A stretch of 64,000 nucleotides of DNA from a virus (Duplodnaviria; Caudoviricetes). Location: positions 224,001 to 288,000 of IMG/VR virus record IMGVR_UViG_3300029288_005873. The stretch is one strand, 5' to 3'. This document shows, piece by piece, positions 25,015 to 35,656 of the stretch; positions within the stretch are counted from its first letter, which is position 1; each line of letters begins with the position of its first letter. Under the pieces are notes generated by a model. That model saw nothing but the letters and a program-made list of their open reading frames with translations. It was not told the DNA's origin and made no database searches. Made by a program: the position numbers and the translations under genes.

Positions 25015-25242
25015 ACTTTTCCTTTCTTATTAGAAGGTCTGAAAGGGCCATCTTTTGATTTCCGGGTTTAGTCCAGATCTTTTTAAGTGTTTCCAAGATT
25101 TTAGATCCAATGGTCATCTTTTCTACCTCCTGTCTATTATATATCTGATTATTGATAGTTGCTAGGGAAATTTTCACAGATTACGGGATTTTTCAAGAGG
25201 GAGATATTTAGATGAAGGAAATGTTTTTGAAGGGGAGTTTTG

Positions 25243-25482
25243 CTAAGAGGAAGTCCGGCAAGCAAGCACTTCATGTTTTTTGATACCATAGTCAAGCACT
25301 ATCCAACATTTTACACCATGGACAGATCCAGCAATGCGGAGTTCGCCACCAACCAACCGAACAATAACCGTGGAGATGCCGCCATCAGGCCATTTAATCT
25401 CTAGTTTATCGTTATCAACTATCTTCTTTTCATCCAGGATAAAACATCCTTGTGGATTGCGTTCGATAGGAGAATACGGCAT
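25243..25482 (-). CDS. Hypothetical protein
   Basis: AAGGAGG SD. Confidence 0.55.
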   Translation of the reverse strand: MPYSPIERNPQGCFILDEKKIVDNDKLEIKWPDGGISTVIVRLVGGELRIAGSVHGVKCWIVLDYGIKKHEVLACRTSS

Positions 25483-25503
25483 TCATGCGGACCTCCTTAT
25501 GAT

Positions 25504-25755
25504 TTATGCTCTTGTAGAAAGCGGAAGAGCCGCCTCCAAAGGAGCCAAAGTACTATGCCTAGTTTCGACAAGCATATCTTCTGGAACGGCATAAACCATA
25601 GATATTGGTTTTACCTTGTAATATACTTGCTCATCCACAGTGTCTCTTCCTACAATCTCAAATTTGACTTTTCCAAAACCCCTTATCTCGACATGTTTTC
25701 CCACCTCATGAAACTCCGCTGCCCTTTTCGAGATTGGAATATCGAAAGTTTTCAT
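25504..25755 (-). CDS. Small protein bounded by PISKRA and PLSTRA motifs
   Basis: MKTFDIPISKRA... and ...LPLSTRA-stop. Confidence 0.6.
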   Translation of the reverse strand: MKTFDIPISKRAAEFHEVGKHVEIRGFGKVKFEIVGRDTVDEQVYYKVKPISMVYAVPEDMLVETRHSTLAPLEAALPLSTRA

Positions 25756-25772
25756 GGTCTTTTTCTCCTGTT

Positions 25773-28679
25773 TTAGCTAACTCTCCAAATTTCTATGCGG
25801 GCTCTAGTAATGCTAACGGTGCCGCCCGTAGGTGATGCAAATTGAATTAGGAAAGTTTTTGGGGTTCCAGTAAATACGACATACTGAAATCCATCAAGTT
25901 GTTGTCTATCAGTGGTCAGTGTCGTCAATCTACCTTGTATGAAACAAAGTTCTACCGCATCAGTAGAATTATAAAGTCTGGCAGAGACATCTCTTGATCC
26001 AGTACCACCCACTATAACTGCGAGTTCGGCATGACAACCAACTCTATAAGTTCCAGCAAGTGCTGCCGTTGTGAGGGTTAATTTTGTCTGGAAAGCAGCA
26101 TTTGTAGTTGTAGAAGCGCCTTCTGAAGCAGCATTTGTAAAATCCCTACCAAACATTGAAAGTATATTTCCCAAAGTAGCATAAACTTTTACTTGACCAG
26201 CGGCACTGTCTTCCATCAAAAGAACATCTGCAGATACTGGAATTGTTTTCTGAGTAAAAGTAGTAAAATCACCTGCCCCTCTTGTCAATCCAGAATGGAC
26301 ATGATCGGACCTAGAGAAGGTTGAAGCTGATCCTGTAGCATTATCTGTAGAGACAGCAACGGGACTGCCTGCCAATAAGGCATGCTGATGATCTGATCGA
26401 GCCAAGCTAGTAGCAACTCCCTCATCAGTCGTGTTACCGATAGCCAAGGGTGAAGGGGCAGCTGTTGAAATGTCGTGCTTATGATCAGATTTTGCTATCT
26501 CATTAGTTGTTCCAACCGATGCCAACGAACGTTCAACAGGTAGGGGTGGAGTCGATGTAAATGGAAGTTGCGCAGTGGCAACTTGCGTCATAGCATTAAG
26601 CCCACAAAATCCATTAGCAAGATTCTTTTCTGCCCTTAATTGATATTGTTGGTGGTCATTATCAGCGAGTCCAGAAAGAGAACCATGGTCAGTAATGATT
26701 GTTCCTGCTGCCGCTAGTTGTCCGAGTTTGGGGCGCTGATCATCAATTGTTGTAATATCTATAGCTCCTCTCTGTACTATAATTCCCGCAAGACGAAGCG
26801 CCACATTATTAAATACATTTGGTGGGTTAGGATTGTTTAATGCTAAAATGGCAGAATCGTATACTTGCTGCCCATATACTACATGATATTCTGTACCACC
26901 GTCATTTGAGGTCAAATAAACAAGATCACGTTTGAATTTACCACTAGGGACTAGTTGAATAGTACCAGAACCTATAAAATTATATGCATCATAACCATCA
27001 GGATTTATAGCAGTTTGTCCTGGTGTTGCCATCCAGCCCCCAGAAGCTGTACGATTCCAATAAGTGAACGTTATTGGAGAATGGGCATCCGCTGTTTTAG
27101 GTACGTTGTATATATAATAACTACCAGCATCAACGCTTATTTGTAAAGAAGGCGAACCATATTTAGTGACTGCTGTTCCTGATACAGAAATCGGACCCAC
27201 AACATCACGAGCATAGATAAAACTAGCTGGAGTTGGCTGAGCTAAAATAGCATGTCTTGAACCTAGGATAGTTACATTTCCGCCGTCTGTAGAGGCGACT
27301 GCAAAAGATATGCTATTGTATGGAGACGTCACAAAAGGGCTGGCAGAAAATACACCATTGACATCACAAATTACGAAGGCGATGGGCATATTTGGATCCA
27401 ATGTCAGGTTGGTTGAAGGCCAGACAAGTCTACTTAGAAGACGCCCATCATTAATAAAACCATAGCCTTCCGAAATATTTACGGTAAGACCAGAAACCCT
27501 TGTAACTTCACCACCTTGGACAACACCAGTGTTGCCATTCGCTTTTGTATAACTGACAAGAGGAATGGTTGCAGAAATAGGACCACACCAAATTTCACCA
27601 CGAACCACATTTCCATAATCTAATGTGTGATTATCATCCACAAATGAAGCAACAAAACGTGTACCTTCTGGAACTGAAATAAGATCACGACGTAAAAATC
27701 CACCAGATACAGAAATAATACACGTATCCGTATCAGAAAGTATATCCCAAGTAAAAACATCTTCAAAAATAAAGCAAGAAGCTAGATATGCTTCTGTATC
27801 AATACTTGTTGGACCAATATGGATAGCATTTGTCCCTAAAGTAAAAGCACAAGAAATCAAAACAACAAAGGCGCCATTATCAACAAAAATACCATTGGTA
27901 CCGCCTGCTCCATATAGACTATCTGTCAAATATAGAACGGAATCGTCTCCTTGTACTTCAAAGCCGTTCCTACAAACCACTCCATAAGGTATAATACAAT
28001 TTGTAGCTAAAACAGTTCCACTATTAATTTGTAGAAAAGTCTGCATAGGATTACTGTTGTTTGTAGATACTTCAGTAACCTGTAGATTTCCTGAAACAGT
28101 ATTACATGTTATGCCATAATATCCATCTAATATAATAGAATTATCAACACGAAAAGGTGTGGGATTGATATCATTATATACTATTGCCGCACATCCGTTG
28201 CCAGTAGGACCCACAATATCAATATCGGTTATTCCTGAAGAATGTGATCCAGTTATAAAATTGTCATAATTATCAAGAGTTGCTACTACAACAGAATGCC
28301 CATGCCCGCCCTTACCTATAAGGGAGACGTAAGGTTTTAATGTGAAGGGCTGTTCGAAATATACCCCAGGAGCAACATAAATCGCATATTGATCGAGAGC
28401 TGAGGCTGTTACAGAATCTATAGCCGATTTGATCGATGTATATTCTCCCGTAGGAGCTACGGTTATAGTATGATACCGTTCACTAAGGATTGGATCATTT
28501 TCCGTTAAATAGCGATTTGTAGCTGAGGGTGTTCCGGACGAACCAGCTAATGCTGCTTTTTGTCCATCAGTTGGTACATTTCCAGATAAAAGTTCAATAC
28601 TTGAAACTCTTCCATCCAAACCCACTATTTGGTCTCGTAAACCATAAGAGCCTGGCCAAACTTTTGGTCCAATTGCCAT
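25773..28679 (-). CDS. Tail fibre/spike-like virion protein with a beta-helix (pectin lyase-like) region
   Basis: TVAPTGEYTSIKSAID..I.VAPGVY.E helix cap, Thr/Ser/Gly-rich composition, three [AS][KR]SDH.H repeats. Confidence 0.6.
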   Translation of the reverse strand: MAIGPKVWPGSYGLRDQIVGLDGRVSSIELLSGNVPTDGQKAALAGSSGTPSATNRYLTENDPILSERYHTITVAPTGEYTSIKSAIDSVTASALDQYAIYVAPGVYFEQPFTLKPYVSLIGKGGHGHSVVVATLDNYDNFITGSHSSGITDIDIVGPTGNGCAAIVYNDINPTPFRVDNSIILDGYYGITCNTVSGNLQVTEVSTNNSNPMQTFLQINSGTVLATNCIIPYGVVCRNGFEVQGDDSVLYLTDSLYGAGGTNGIFVDNGAFVVLISCAFTLGTNAIHIGPTSIDTEAYLASCFIFEDVFTWDILSDTDTCIISVSGGFLRRDLISVPEGTRFVASFVDDNHTLDYGNVVRGEIWCGPISATIPLVSYTKANGNTGVVQGGEVTRVSGLTVNISEGYGFINDGRLLSRLVWPSTNLTLDPNMPIAFVICDVNGVFSASPFVTSPYNSISFAVASTDGGNVTILGSRHAILAQPTPASFIYARDVVGPISVSGTAVTKYGSPSLQISVDAGSYYIYNVPKTADAHSPITFTYWNRTASGGWMATPGQTAINPDGYDAYNFIGSGTIQLVPSGKFKRDLVYLTSNDGGTEYHVVYGQQVYDSAILALNNPNPPNVFNNVALRLAGIIVQRGAIDITTIDDQRPKLGQLAAAGTIITDHGSLSGLADNDHQQYQLRAEKNLANGFCGLNAMTQVATAQLPFTSTPPLPVERSLASVGTTNEIAKSDHKHDISTAAPSPLAIGNTTDEGVATSLARSDHQHALLAGSPVAVSTDNATGSASTFSRSDHVHSGLTRGAGDFTTFTQKTIPVSADVLLMEDSAAGQVKVYATLGNILSMFGRDFTNAASEGASTTTNAAFQTKLTLTTAALAGTYRVGCHAELAVIVGGTGSRDVSARLYNSTDAVELCFIQGRLTTLTTDRQQLDGFQYVVFTGTPKTFLIQFASPTGGTVSITRARIEIWRVS

Positions 28680-28694
28680 AGAAGAAACCCTCCG

Positions 28695-29354
28695 TCAGCC
28701 TTCCACACCATATTCCATGACTATATGGTCAAACGCATAGCTTGAGGCGTCTACTAATGACCTTGGAGTTGTGACAAGTGTATTACTTGTAAGACGAAAC
28801 TCCAGAAATCTAGCAACTACATCAGCTCCCACAGCACCACCTGGAGCTCTGCTAGGTGTAGGTGTAAGTTTGCCATTTGACATGGGGAAAATTGGGTCCC
28901 CTGGAAACAGAGAAGTGTTGGTTGGTACTAATCCCAACGTAGCATCGGTATCTACCGCATCAAGTGTTACTCCATAAGTTCCAGGTTTGTTCCAAACCGT
29001 TACCTTACCACTTCCGCTGTTGGTTTGCGGACCTAGATTAGAATTGGTACGACCAAGAACTGAACCGACAATTTGCCCAAAAAGAATACCATATCCAGAA
29101 CTTCCATCATCCAATAACCAAAGAGGTCTGAGTCCATTCTGACCAAGATATGGAGCAACCATCAATCTGCGTTGATCGCTAGTGTTATCCATACTCTGTC
29201 TAGCATCAAAAGCAGCCACTTCTGAAGATGTATTAGATCTAGGACCTCTCCATACAGTACCTATCTCACCACCCATAATTGTACTAGCATAGGAATCCAT
29301 TAAATCAAACTGTCCAACGGGTTGGATTCCTGGCTGAAGAATACGAAGCGCCAT
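28695..29354 (-). CDS. Probable virion structural protein
   Basis: Gly/Thr-rich beta composition; preceded by the TATTAAT motif. Confidence 0.45.
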   Translation of the reverse strand: MALRILQPGIQPVGQFDLMDSYASTIMGGEIGTVWRGPRSNTSSEVAAFDARQSMDNTSDQRRLMVAPYLGQNGLRPLWLLDDGSSGYGILFGQIVGSVLGRTNSNLGPQTNSGSGKVTVWNKPGTYGVTLDAVDTDATLGLVPTNTSLFPGDPIFPMSNGKLTPTPSRAPGGAVGADVVARFLEFRLTSNTLVTTPRSLVDASSYAFDHIVMEYGVEG

Positions 29355-29426
29355 CTATTATTTCCTCCCAAGCCCTCCCAGTTTTTACAAAATATGGGCA
29401 TATGGATATAAACATATTAATAGTTT

Positions 29427-30509
29427 TTAGGGATTACGTGATCTACAATGACGCGAACCGCAGCAACATCGGGTCGGCACTGAGGCGCCTGTAATAGAAT
29501 AATCGTGGCATATTTCCTCACCAGCGCCAATGTCACGGACGGCAATTGGCACAGAAAGACCACCTGCCCGCATTAAAGTTACATTGGGCTCACAGGAATG
29601 ATTCATGGAATCACAAGAAAATGCCGCAATAGCTTCTCCTGTTTTGATAACGCGAGGCGCCATCGTTCCTAATCCATGTATTTTGGAGTTCTCAATTTTT
29701 GCTTTTGCCGCCTTTTGAAGCCTTACATGAAGCAACAAAGCACGAATGATTCTATCATTCACCTCTGCTCTGACATTGATGTTGGCTCCTCTTGGGGTCT
29801 CTGTAACAAGGCATATTGGAACCCCCTCATGATGAAGTCGGTCCTCAAATGAACCATCATGATGATTCAATGATAAACCCCCATGGAGCTGGGCACTATT
29901 TTCAGATATAGTACGGTCTTGTGTTATCCCAAAGGTGACCATTTCCGCCAAGGCAGCATTGGCTGCCGAAACGGGACGGGCACCATAGGCATAAGCATGA
30001 GCTGTAGGAAAGCCATCCTCATGAAGTGACAGGAATAGATCTCCTGACATCTGTTTGAGGAGTGAGAGATTTTCTAGAAGTATTCGTCCTTCTTTGGAAG
30101 GCGGTGTGGGATCAATATCAGGATGGCAGAAGCCATCATTGGGATTTTCACCCCATTGGTTACGTCTTTGAGCAACGCGCAAGCCTGTTGGGTTTAGAAC
30201 AGGTATTATGGAGAGCGAAATGCCGTCCAGCCAAGGATCGGCAGCTGTTTCAAGCATATGTAGGATGCCGAGCGGACCGCCGGGTTCTTCGCCATGAAAA
30301 CCTGCGGCGACCAGCACGGCTGGGGCACCCGGTGGCGCGGGACGCTGGAAAGCAAGGATTTCATCGCCAGAAGGTAGCGTTCCTAAGACTCGCTGGGAGA
30401 AACGTCTACGTCCAAAAGCAATCATTAGGCGGGGGAATATCTGTTTAGGATCGGTTGGAGCATGCCATGGTTTATTGGTCTGTGGAGAAGAATTTTTGAA
30501 TTCGGTCAT
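29427..30509 (-). CDS. M14-family (succinylglutamate desuccinylase-like) metallopeptidase fused to a SET domain
   Basis: AGFHGEEPGG, NP.G...RRN..G.N.N and LSLHED, followed by SKIHGLG, NHSCEPN, RDI..GEEI..DY and post-SET C.CGS..CR. Confidence 0.8.
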   Translation of the reverse strand: MTEFKNSSPQTNKPWHAPTDPKQIFPRLMIAFGRRRFSQRVLGTLPSGDEILAFQRPAPPGAPAVLVAAGFHGEEPGGPLGILHMLETAADPWLDGISLSIIPVLNPTGLRVAQRRNQWGENPNDGFCHPDIDPTPPSKEGRILLENLSLLKQMSGDLFLSLHEDGFPTAHAYAYGARPVSAANAALAEMVTFGITQDRTISENSAQLHGGLSLNHHDGSFEDRLHHEGVPICLVTETPRGANINVRAEVNDRIIRALLLHVRLQKAAKAKIENSKIHGLGTMAPRVIKTGEAIAAFSCDSMNHSCEPNVTLMRAGGLSVPIAVRDIGAGEEICHDYSITGASVPTRCCCGSRHCRSRNP

Positions 30510-30534
30510 TGACATGCCTCCAAAAGAAAAATTT

Positions 30535-33500
30535 CTAACCGGGCGGAGCACCTAGATTTTTTGTTTTTACATCTAAAGATGATGGAAAATGTGGAGGACG
30601 ATCATCCCATGATATATTAGAATTTGATTTATCAAGCATATCTTTTACAGAATTTACCATTAAACGAACAGCTGCGATCCAACGATTCTTTTTATTAATC
30701 TTCTTTGAACCAATTTTGTAGAGAATTTTGAATATTCTAGAATATTCAAAAGAAACTGTTGAAAGATTAAGATTAGGATTTTTATTTTTGGCATCAATAT
30801 AACCAAAAAAATCTCCCTTAATCCAATATTTTAGGAAAATAAGACGTTCTTCTATAGTCATAGGTGCGGCTATTTCCCGCCATTTTTCTATCGAGTTGCG
30901 CAAATTAGATTGAAATTCAACATCTCGGAGTACATGGTTTATTCTATCACCTTTTGTGCTTGTATATGAACCGGGTTCTTGTTTATTCAAACGTCTTCGT
31001 TGATTTCTAGAAAGTGCCCATGCCTCTCCGCTAGGAGATATTTTGCGATTCCGAACAGACATTGGAGGCAATCCTGCTTGCATTTTCAATTTCAAAGCTG
31101 CTTTTAAGAGGTCTTGTGACAAATGTACCATTTCGTGTCGCAAAGCTGTTTCCAAAGTTGTAAGTCTAAAGTGTAAATTTTCAATTGTTGGAGGTAATCC
31201 TGTTAGAACTTCAATTGCTGGCCAAAAGCCTCCACTATTTTCAGTTGGAGCAAAGCCGGCAAAATATGCTGCACCTACATCTTTTGGGATTTTCGGTACC
31301 GCTCGAAGATAGTAATGCGACCATGGCAATTTTGTTATTAGATTTTCATATTTCCAACCAGAAATATCAATTGGAAGCTTTCTTTCCTGAGTTGTTAGAA
31401 CACCATTGCTAAAATATGAATAATCTTTAGATAATTCTACAAGTTTCTTTTCTAATTTTTCATATTTTGGATCATTTTCCGGAAGAATAGAAAGCCAAGT
31501 ACTAGCATACATTTTCTTAAGCCAGTCCCAAGCTTCATGTATCATTTTTGGTGGAATATCCATTAAAGCAGCAGCTTGCCGTTCCAATTTTGGTAATCCG
31601 AGCATCTCCTTATGGGATCCTCGCGGCATCGGAAGAGTAATTTGACGATAGGCACCGGGCATCAGGTCAAATCTACGCTCAACAGCATTATAGGCTTCAG
31701 GTTCGGTGTCCAAAAGCTTAGCAAAGGGGGTGCCATAAGTTGTGACCTCCGTCTTGCCATCTTCGTAGAACGTCACAAAACCCCTAGGCGCCTTCTTGGC
31801 AGCCTCTGAGGGTATTCCCAACTCATCAATAAGGGATCGATGATCAACACCTGGAATCTCAATTCCATCATGGACATTTCGTCTATAGACTAGCTTTAGC
31901 GCATTGGCATCCCAAATCCAGATAAATTCATCTAGGACACCTAGGCGACGCCCAGCATGCCTGGATATGGGAATATCATTTTCAAATTGCTCGAGGAATT
32001 CCTCACGCTCATTAGGATCCATTTCTGCCAGAAGTTCAATCTCTTCTGCTGTCATTTGGGAGCGTTTCCTTTTCGGACGGTCTTTTTGTTCTTCTTTGAT
32101 TTTTTTATCTAGCTTATCCCAATAATCCTCAAAAGCTTTTTCTTCCTCTTCTATCATGTGTGGCTCTAAATCAGAATCATCTATAAATTCCGCACGCTTG
32201 GAGATTGGTGGCTCCAACGATGCCAAGATGCCGCGTACACTCTTGCCTTCCATATAGTACTGCTCGATACGTGGGATAAGATATTGGTTCTTCAAGGTAC
32301 CAGGTTCATGCCCAACTTTCTTAGCTGCGTCAGCCAGGGCTTTCTTAAAGCGTTCTTTGAGCGCCTTATCCCTTTCCTTGCCTTCTTTAGGAAGCTTGCC
32401 TTTGCCATTCTCTTTTAGGGAACGAAGCATTTCCTTGTTGGCATGGAAACCTCTTATATCCTTGGCAGTCACCTTAAATGGGGCAAGATATGAATTTACG
32501 TCTTTAGCCGTAATACCAGCCAGAACGCGATCACTTTTCTTTTTATCCTTACAGGCGCGTTTTAGCGCATTAAGAACCTGCTTGGTCTTAACTTCCTTGC
32601 TTTGTTTCACTCCAGCTTTGCCCACATATTTAATAGTCGCTTTGCCCTTACCAAACGTTACATGGCGAAGCAGCCAGCCAGTTACTCCATAATGTTTTAG
32701 TTCGCTTGCCGATTCTTCATTTCCGATACGTTCATAAGTTTCATCAATGAGAGCAATCGCCAATGCCGAAAGGCGAGTTCGCTCATCATCGGACGAAAGA
32801 TCTTTCTTGACCTTAGCGCGCATCTTCTTGAGGGAACTATTAAGCCTCTTTAGACGTTGTTCTTTTTTACGATTACGCGCAGCAATATGCTTTTTATCAT
32901 AGAGATAAGTAATATTGCCAGATTCCTCTTTCTTTTTCTCTACATAAGCATGATCCTTTGCTCGTTTGGACAAAGGCTCAGAATATTCTATTGTCGAAGG
33001 TTTGAAAACATTATCAGCAAAGATGAGAGAAACAATTTTTCGCACAGTTTCGCGCCAACGAGATGGATTATCAGTACGAAGCCGATTAAGGGCAGGCGAA
33101 TCTAAAATCATTTTCTTAAGACCTTCGCGACGATCTTGTGAGGGCATGTCAGCCAATTTGGAGGTATAAAGCATGACGATTTCATTCAATCGCGGATAAA
33201 ATTCAATATCACGCAGATGATGCGGAAGCGCAACTCGTTCCTCATCAATCCTCTCTAATTGATCTTTTGAAAGACCCGTCATTGGTATATTTTCCACAGG
33301 TACGACTCCAGTGTAATGACTTCCTGGAATCTTATGCTTGCGAGAAGGTTCACCAATATCACCATATCCAGCCAGTTTTATCTCATCCAAAATTGTTTGA
33401 GCAACATGTGTGGCCTCGTGACGCGCAAGCATCAACACTCTCCGCACATACAAAACAAAACTGTTCATATCAGTTGGCACAAGCCACGATTCTGGAATAA

Positions 33501-34185
33501 TAAAATCTAAAACCCAATTTTTCCTAATCCATTTGCCAGTGTATTTAACATCTTGGTCAGGAATAGTGCGTATATGAATCTCTATAGCTGGGAAGGGAGT
33601 TACAATATCGCCAAGAGGACCTACTGTTTCGGAACCCCTCATATGTGGGGGTAACATTTCCAAATACTTCCAATTCGATAAATCCAACTCTACTTCATGA
33701 GAATCAGAAATTTTGGCAAACTTGGCGGCGGCAACTCGCACATCCTCAGGAGCTTCCCCATTTTTCACCAAAGCAGCATAATGCTGAACTAAGAATTTTT
33801 GAAGTGCCTCAGTGAAGACGGGCGGGGGTTCAAAAAGTCCCGCCAGTTTTGGTGGTATCATATCTGGTAGTTCTACCTCATATATTCCTAATGAGCCCTT
33901 AACTGGAAAAGGATCAATTTTACAAATATTAGACAGTTTCCAGGCAAATGCGGATGGGTATATTTCGCATTTTGCTTCTGACTCATCAGCCTTTGTCATT
34001 GGACGGCAATCTATAAGATTCGCTATAGCAAGGGCTTTTCCAGCCGGTTGTATATCTGGCTTAGCGGTTGAGACAATAAGCAAAGGACCACGATATTTGG
34101 TCCCCCATTTACGTGTCTCAATAGTCTTTTCCCCATTGGCAATCATGTTTGCCCAAGGTTGCTTGACTGAAAGAGCCTTTATCAT
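30535..34185 (-). CDS. Multidomain protein: ASCH + zincin-like + topoisomerase IB catalytic core + unknown + zincin-like
   Basis: ALSVKQPWA..I..GEK.IETR.W (ASCH); RHEATH..Q and RHEMVH..Q, each followed by H.LRD.EF; TopIB catalytic set in ERIGN, GKAG, AKDIR, GH and QY. Confidence 0.8.
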   Translation of the reverse strand: MIKALSVKQPWANMIANGEKTIETRKWGTKYRGPLLIVSTAKPDIQPAGKALAIANLIDCRPMTKADESEAKCEIYPSAFAWKLSNICKIDPFPVKGSLGIYEVELPDMIPPKLAGLFEPPPVFTEALQKFLVQHYAALVKNGEAPEDVRVAAAKFAKISDSHEVELDLSNWKYLEMLPPHMRGSETVGPLGDIVTPFPAIEIHIRTIPDQDVKYTGKWIRKNWVLDFIIPESWLVPTDMNSFVLYVRRVLMLARHEATHVAQTILDEIKLAGYGDIGEPSRKHKIPGSHYTGVVPVENIPMTGLSKDQLERIDEERVALPHHLRDIEFYPRLNEIVMLYTSKLADMPSQDRREGLKKMILDSPALNRLRTDNPSRWRETVRKIVSLIFADNVFKPSTIEYSEPLSKRAKDHAYVEKKKEESGNITYLYDKKHIAARNRKKEQRLKRLNSSLKKMRAKVKKDLSSDDERTRLSALAIALIDETYERIGNEESASELKHYGVTGWLLRHVTFGKGKATIKYVGKAGVKQSKEVKTKQVLNALKRACKDKKKSDRVLAGITAKDVNSYLAPFKVTAKDIRGFHANKEMLRSLKENGKGKLPKEGKERDKALKERFKKALADAAKKVGHEPGTLKNQYLIPRIEQYYMEGKSVRGILASLEPPISKRAEFIDDSDLEPHMIEEEEKAFEDYWDKLDKKIKEEQKDRPKRKRSQMTAEEIELLAEMDPNEREEFLEQFENDIPISRHAGRRLGVLDEFIWIWDANALKLVYRRNVHDGIEIPGVDHRSLIDELGIPSEAAKKAPRGFVTFYEDGKTEVTTYGTPFAKLLDTEPEAYNAVERRFDLMPGAYRQITLPMPRGSHKEMLGLPKLERQAAALMDIPPKMIHEAWDWLKKMYASTWLSILPENDPKYEKLEKKLVELSKDYSYFSNGVLTTQERKLPIDISGWKYENLITKLPWSHYYLRAVPKIPKDVGAAYFAGFAPTENSGGFWPAIEVLTGLPPTIENLHFRLTTLETALRHEMVHLSQDLLKAALKLKMQAGLPPMSVRNRKISPSGEAWALSRNQRRRLNKQEPGSYTSTKGDRINHVLRDVEFQSNLRNSIEKWREIAAPMTIEERLIFLKYWIKGDFFGYIDAKNKNPNLNLSTVSFEYSRIFKILYKIGSKKINKKNRWIAAVRLMVNSVKDMLDKSNSNISWDDRPPHFPSSLDVKTKNLGAPPG

Positions 34186-34270
34186 TAAACCAGCCCTCTT
34201 TTAGAAAGTTTTTATGCCTCACACCCATTCGAATGGACATCTTTTTCAAAAGACGTCTCGAACAGATCTC

Positions 34271-34591
34271 CTAACCGTCCAATTCTGACCAAAGCTTAAA
34301 ACCTTGTTTCTCAGCCGCTTTCTTTAGACCATTAATATCACTAACGAATTTAGTATGTTCCTCTGTAAAAGAATGTCGCCAAAGACGAGCTAGGCGTTTT
34401 ACGTGGTATGTCAACGTAGAGGTAAGATGCCGCAGCTGCTCTTGGTCCATAGATGCTGCTATCGCATAAAGATCCTCAGCAGGCTGTTGCCCACTTTCAC
34501 AAGCTTCCTCTAAAAGCCTTTCATATTTTTCCACTGGAGTTAAATCAATTCTTGTCTCACCATTCGCATCTTGTCTAACGATTACAGTCAT
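34271..34591 (-). CDS. Hypothetical protein
   Basis: 106 aa, adjacent to the upstream stop. Confidence 0.55.
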   Translation of the reverse strand: MTVIVRQDANGETRIDLTPVEKYERLLEEACESGQQPAEDLYAIAASMDQEQLRHLTSTLTYHVKRLARLWRHSFTEEHTKFVSDINGLKKAAEKQGFKLWSELDG

Positions 34592-34966
34592 TTATTTCCT
34601 CTTTGCTATTCTGCCCAAAAGCGCATCGATCTCGTTGGACAAATCACGCAGACCAGCCTTATCAAGGGCGTCGGCAGCGCGAATGAGGATTGATGCGGTG
34701 TGTAAAGAGGAAGTATATCGCCCTTGTAATTCATCATGAATATCTGGTTCTTCCTCAGTTAGCTCAGTTTCTGGAGCCATTTTGTCTAAGAATGCTCTTA
34801 CTGCCGTTTCGGTTTCTTCCATACCAACATGTTCAAATTTAGCACCCATCAACTTATCCACAGCTTTGTTGAAAAGGTCGCGTTGCTCATCATCCAAAGC
34901 TTCATAGCCACCCGCATTTTCCAGGACCTTCTTCATTTCTTCATATAGGCTCATCAGATCGTTCAT
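34592..34966 (-). CDS. Acidic helical protein with L..AAD.LD..G....S..ID motif (possible internal head protein)
   Basis: Start re-set to MNDLM (GGAGAGG SD); TATCAAT motif upstream. Confidence 0.55.
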   Translation of the reverse strand: MNDLMSLYEEMKKVLENAGGYEALDDEQRDLFNKAVDKLMGAKFEHVGMEETETAVRAFLDKMAPETELTEEEPDIHDELQGRYTSSLHTASILIRAADALDKAGLRDLSNEIDALLGRIAKRK

Positions 34967-35045
34967 TTTCCTCTCCTTTCCCGCAAAATGCGGAGGTAAT
35001 TTGAGAATCAGCAACAATAATGCTTAACTATTGATAGTTTTTATA

Positions 35046-35477
35046 CTATGGAACCAATGGTGTACGCAAAGAATTAGATGAGTTAACGTATGCCAAAACT
35101 GTGTCAACAGCATCGGATATACTGGTGGGAAGTGTCAGGAACATATCATTTATTGAGATGGGTAGCTGATGATCTAAAAGCATGAAATGAAAACCCTTAC
35201 CATTTTCCTCAATCATGAAGCTTATATCAATACCATCACTTGCCCAATCTGGATATGTCCACGATATTCCAAATGAAAACAGATGAGAATCGTAGTCGAA
35301 AGGTCGTCCAAAAATCTGTAATGAGGGTTTTCCTAAGGCAAGAAGACGCATCAATTGAGGAGCAATCTTGCGGAAAAGAGAAATTGCAGCAGGTTTTACT
35401 CCTGCCTTTTGTATCTTGTTTAGAACATTAGTAATGTAATTTCCAGAACTTTTCGATGATGTGTTAAAAACTTTCAT
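35046..35477 (-). CDS. Hypothetical protein (MxxFNT family)
   Basis: Starts MKVFNTS. Confidence 0.55.
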   Translation of the reverse strand: MKVFNTSSKSSGNYITNVLNKIQKAGVKPAAISLFRKIAPQLMRLLALGKPSLQIFGRPFDYDSHLFSFGISWTYPDWASDGIDISFMIEENGKGFHFMLLDHQLPISINDMFLTLPTSISDAVDTVLAYVNSSNSLRTPLVP

Positions 35478-35656
35478 CTATTTTCCCTTATATCGAAAGA
35501 CATCCAGGCCCCGCCGCATTTGGGACAACCTTCCCTCTTAAGAGTCTTGCGCCTTTTCTTTGCTACATCGAGATCATTTCCACTTTTTATTGTATGAAAT
35601 CCGCATAAACACCAAGCATGAACATGGAAATTAGCACAAGTGTTGAAGACAATCAT
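35474..35656 (-). CDS. Small zinc-ribbon protein (MxxFNT family)
   Basis: Starts MIVFNT; CLCG and CPKCG. Confidence 0.55.
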   Translation of the reverse strand: MIVFNTCANFHVHAWCLCGFHTIKSGNDLDVAKKRRKTLKREGCPKCGGAWMSFDIRENR

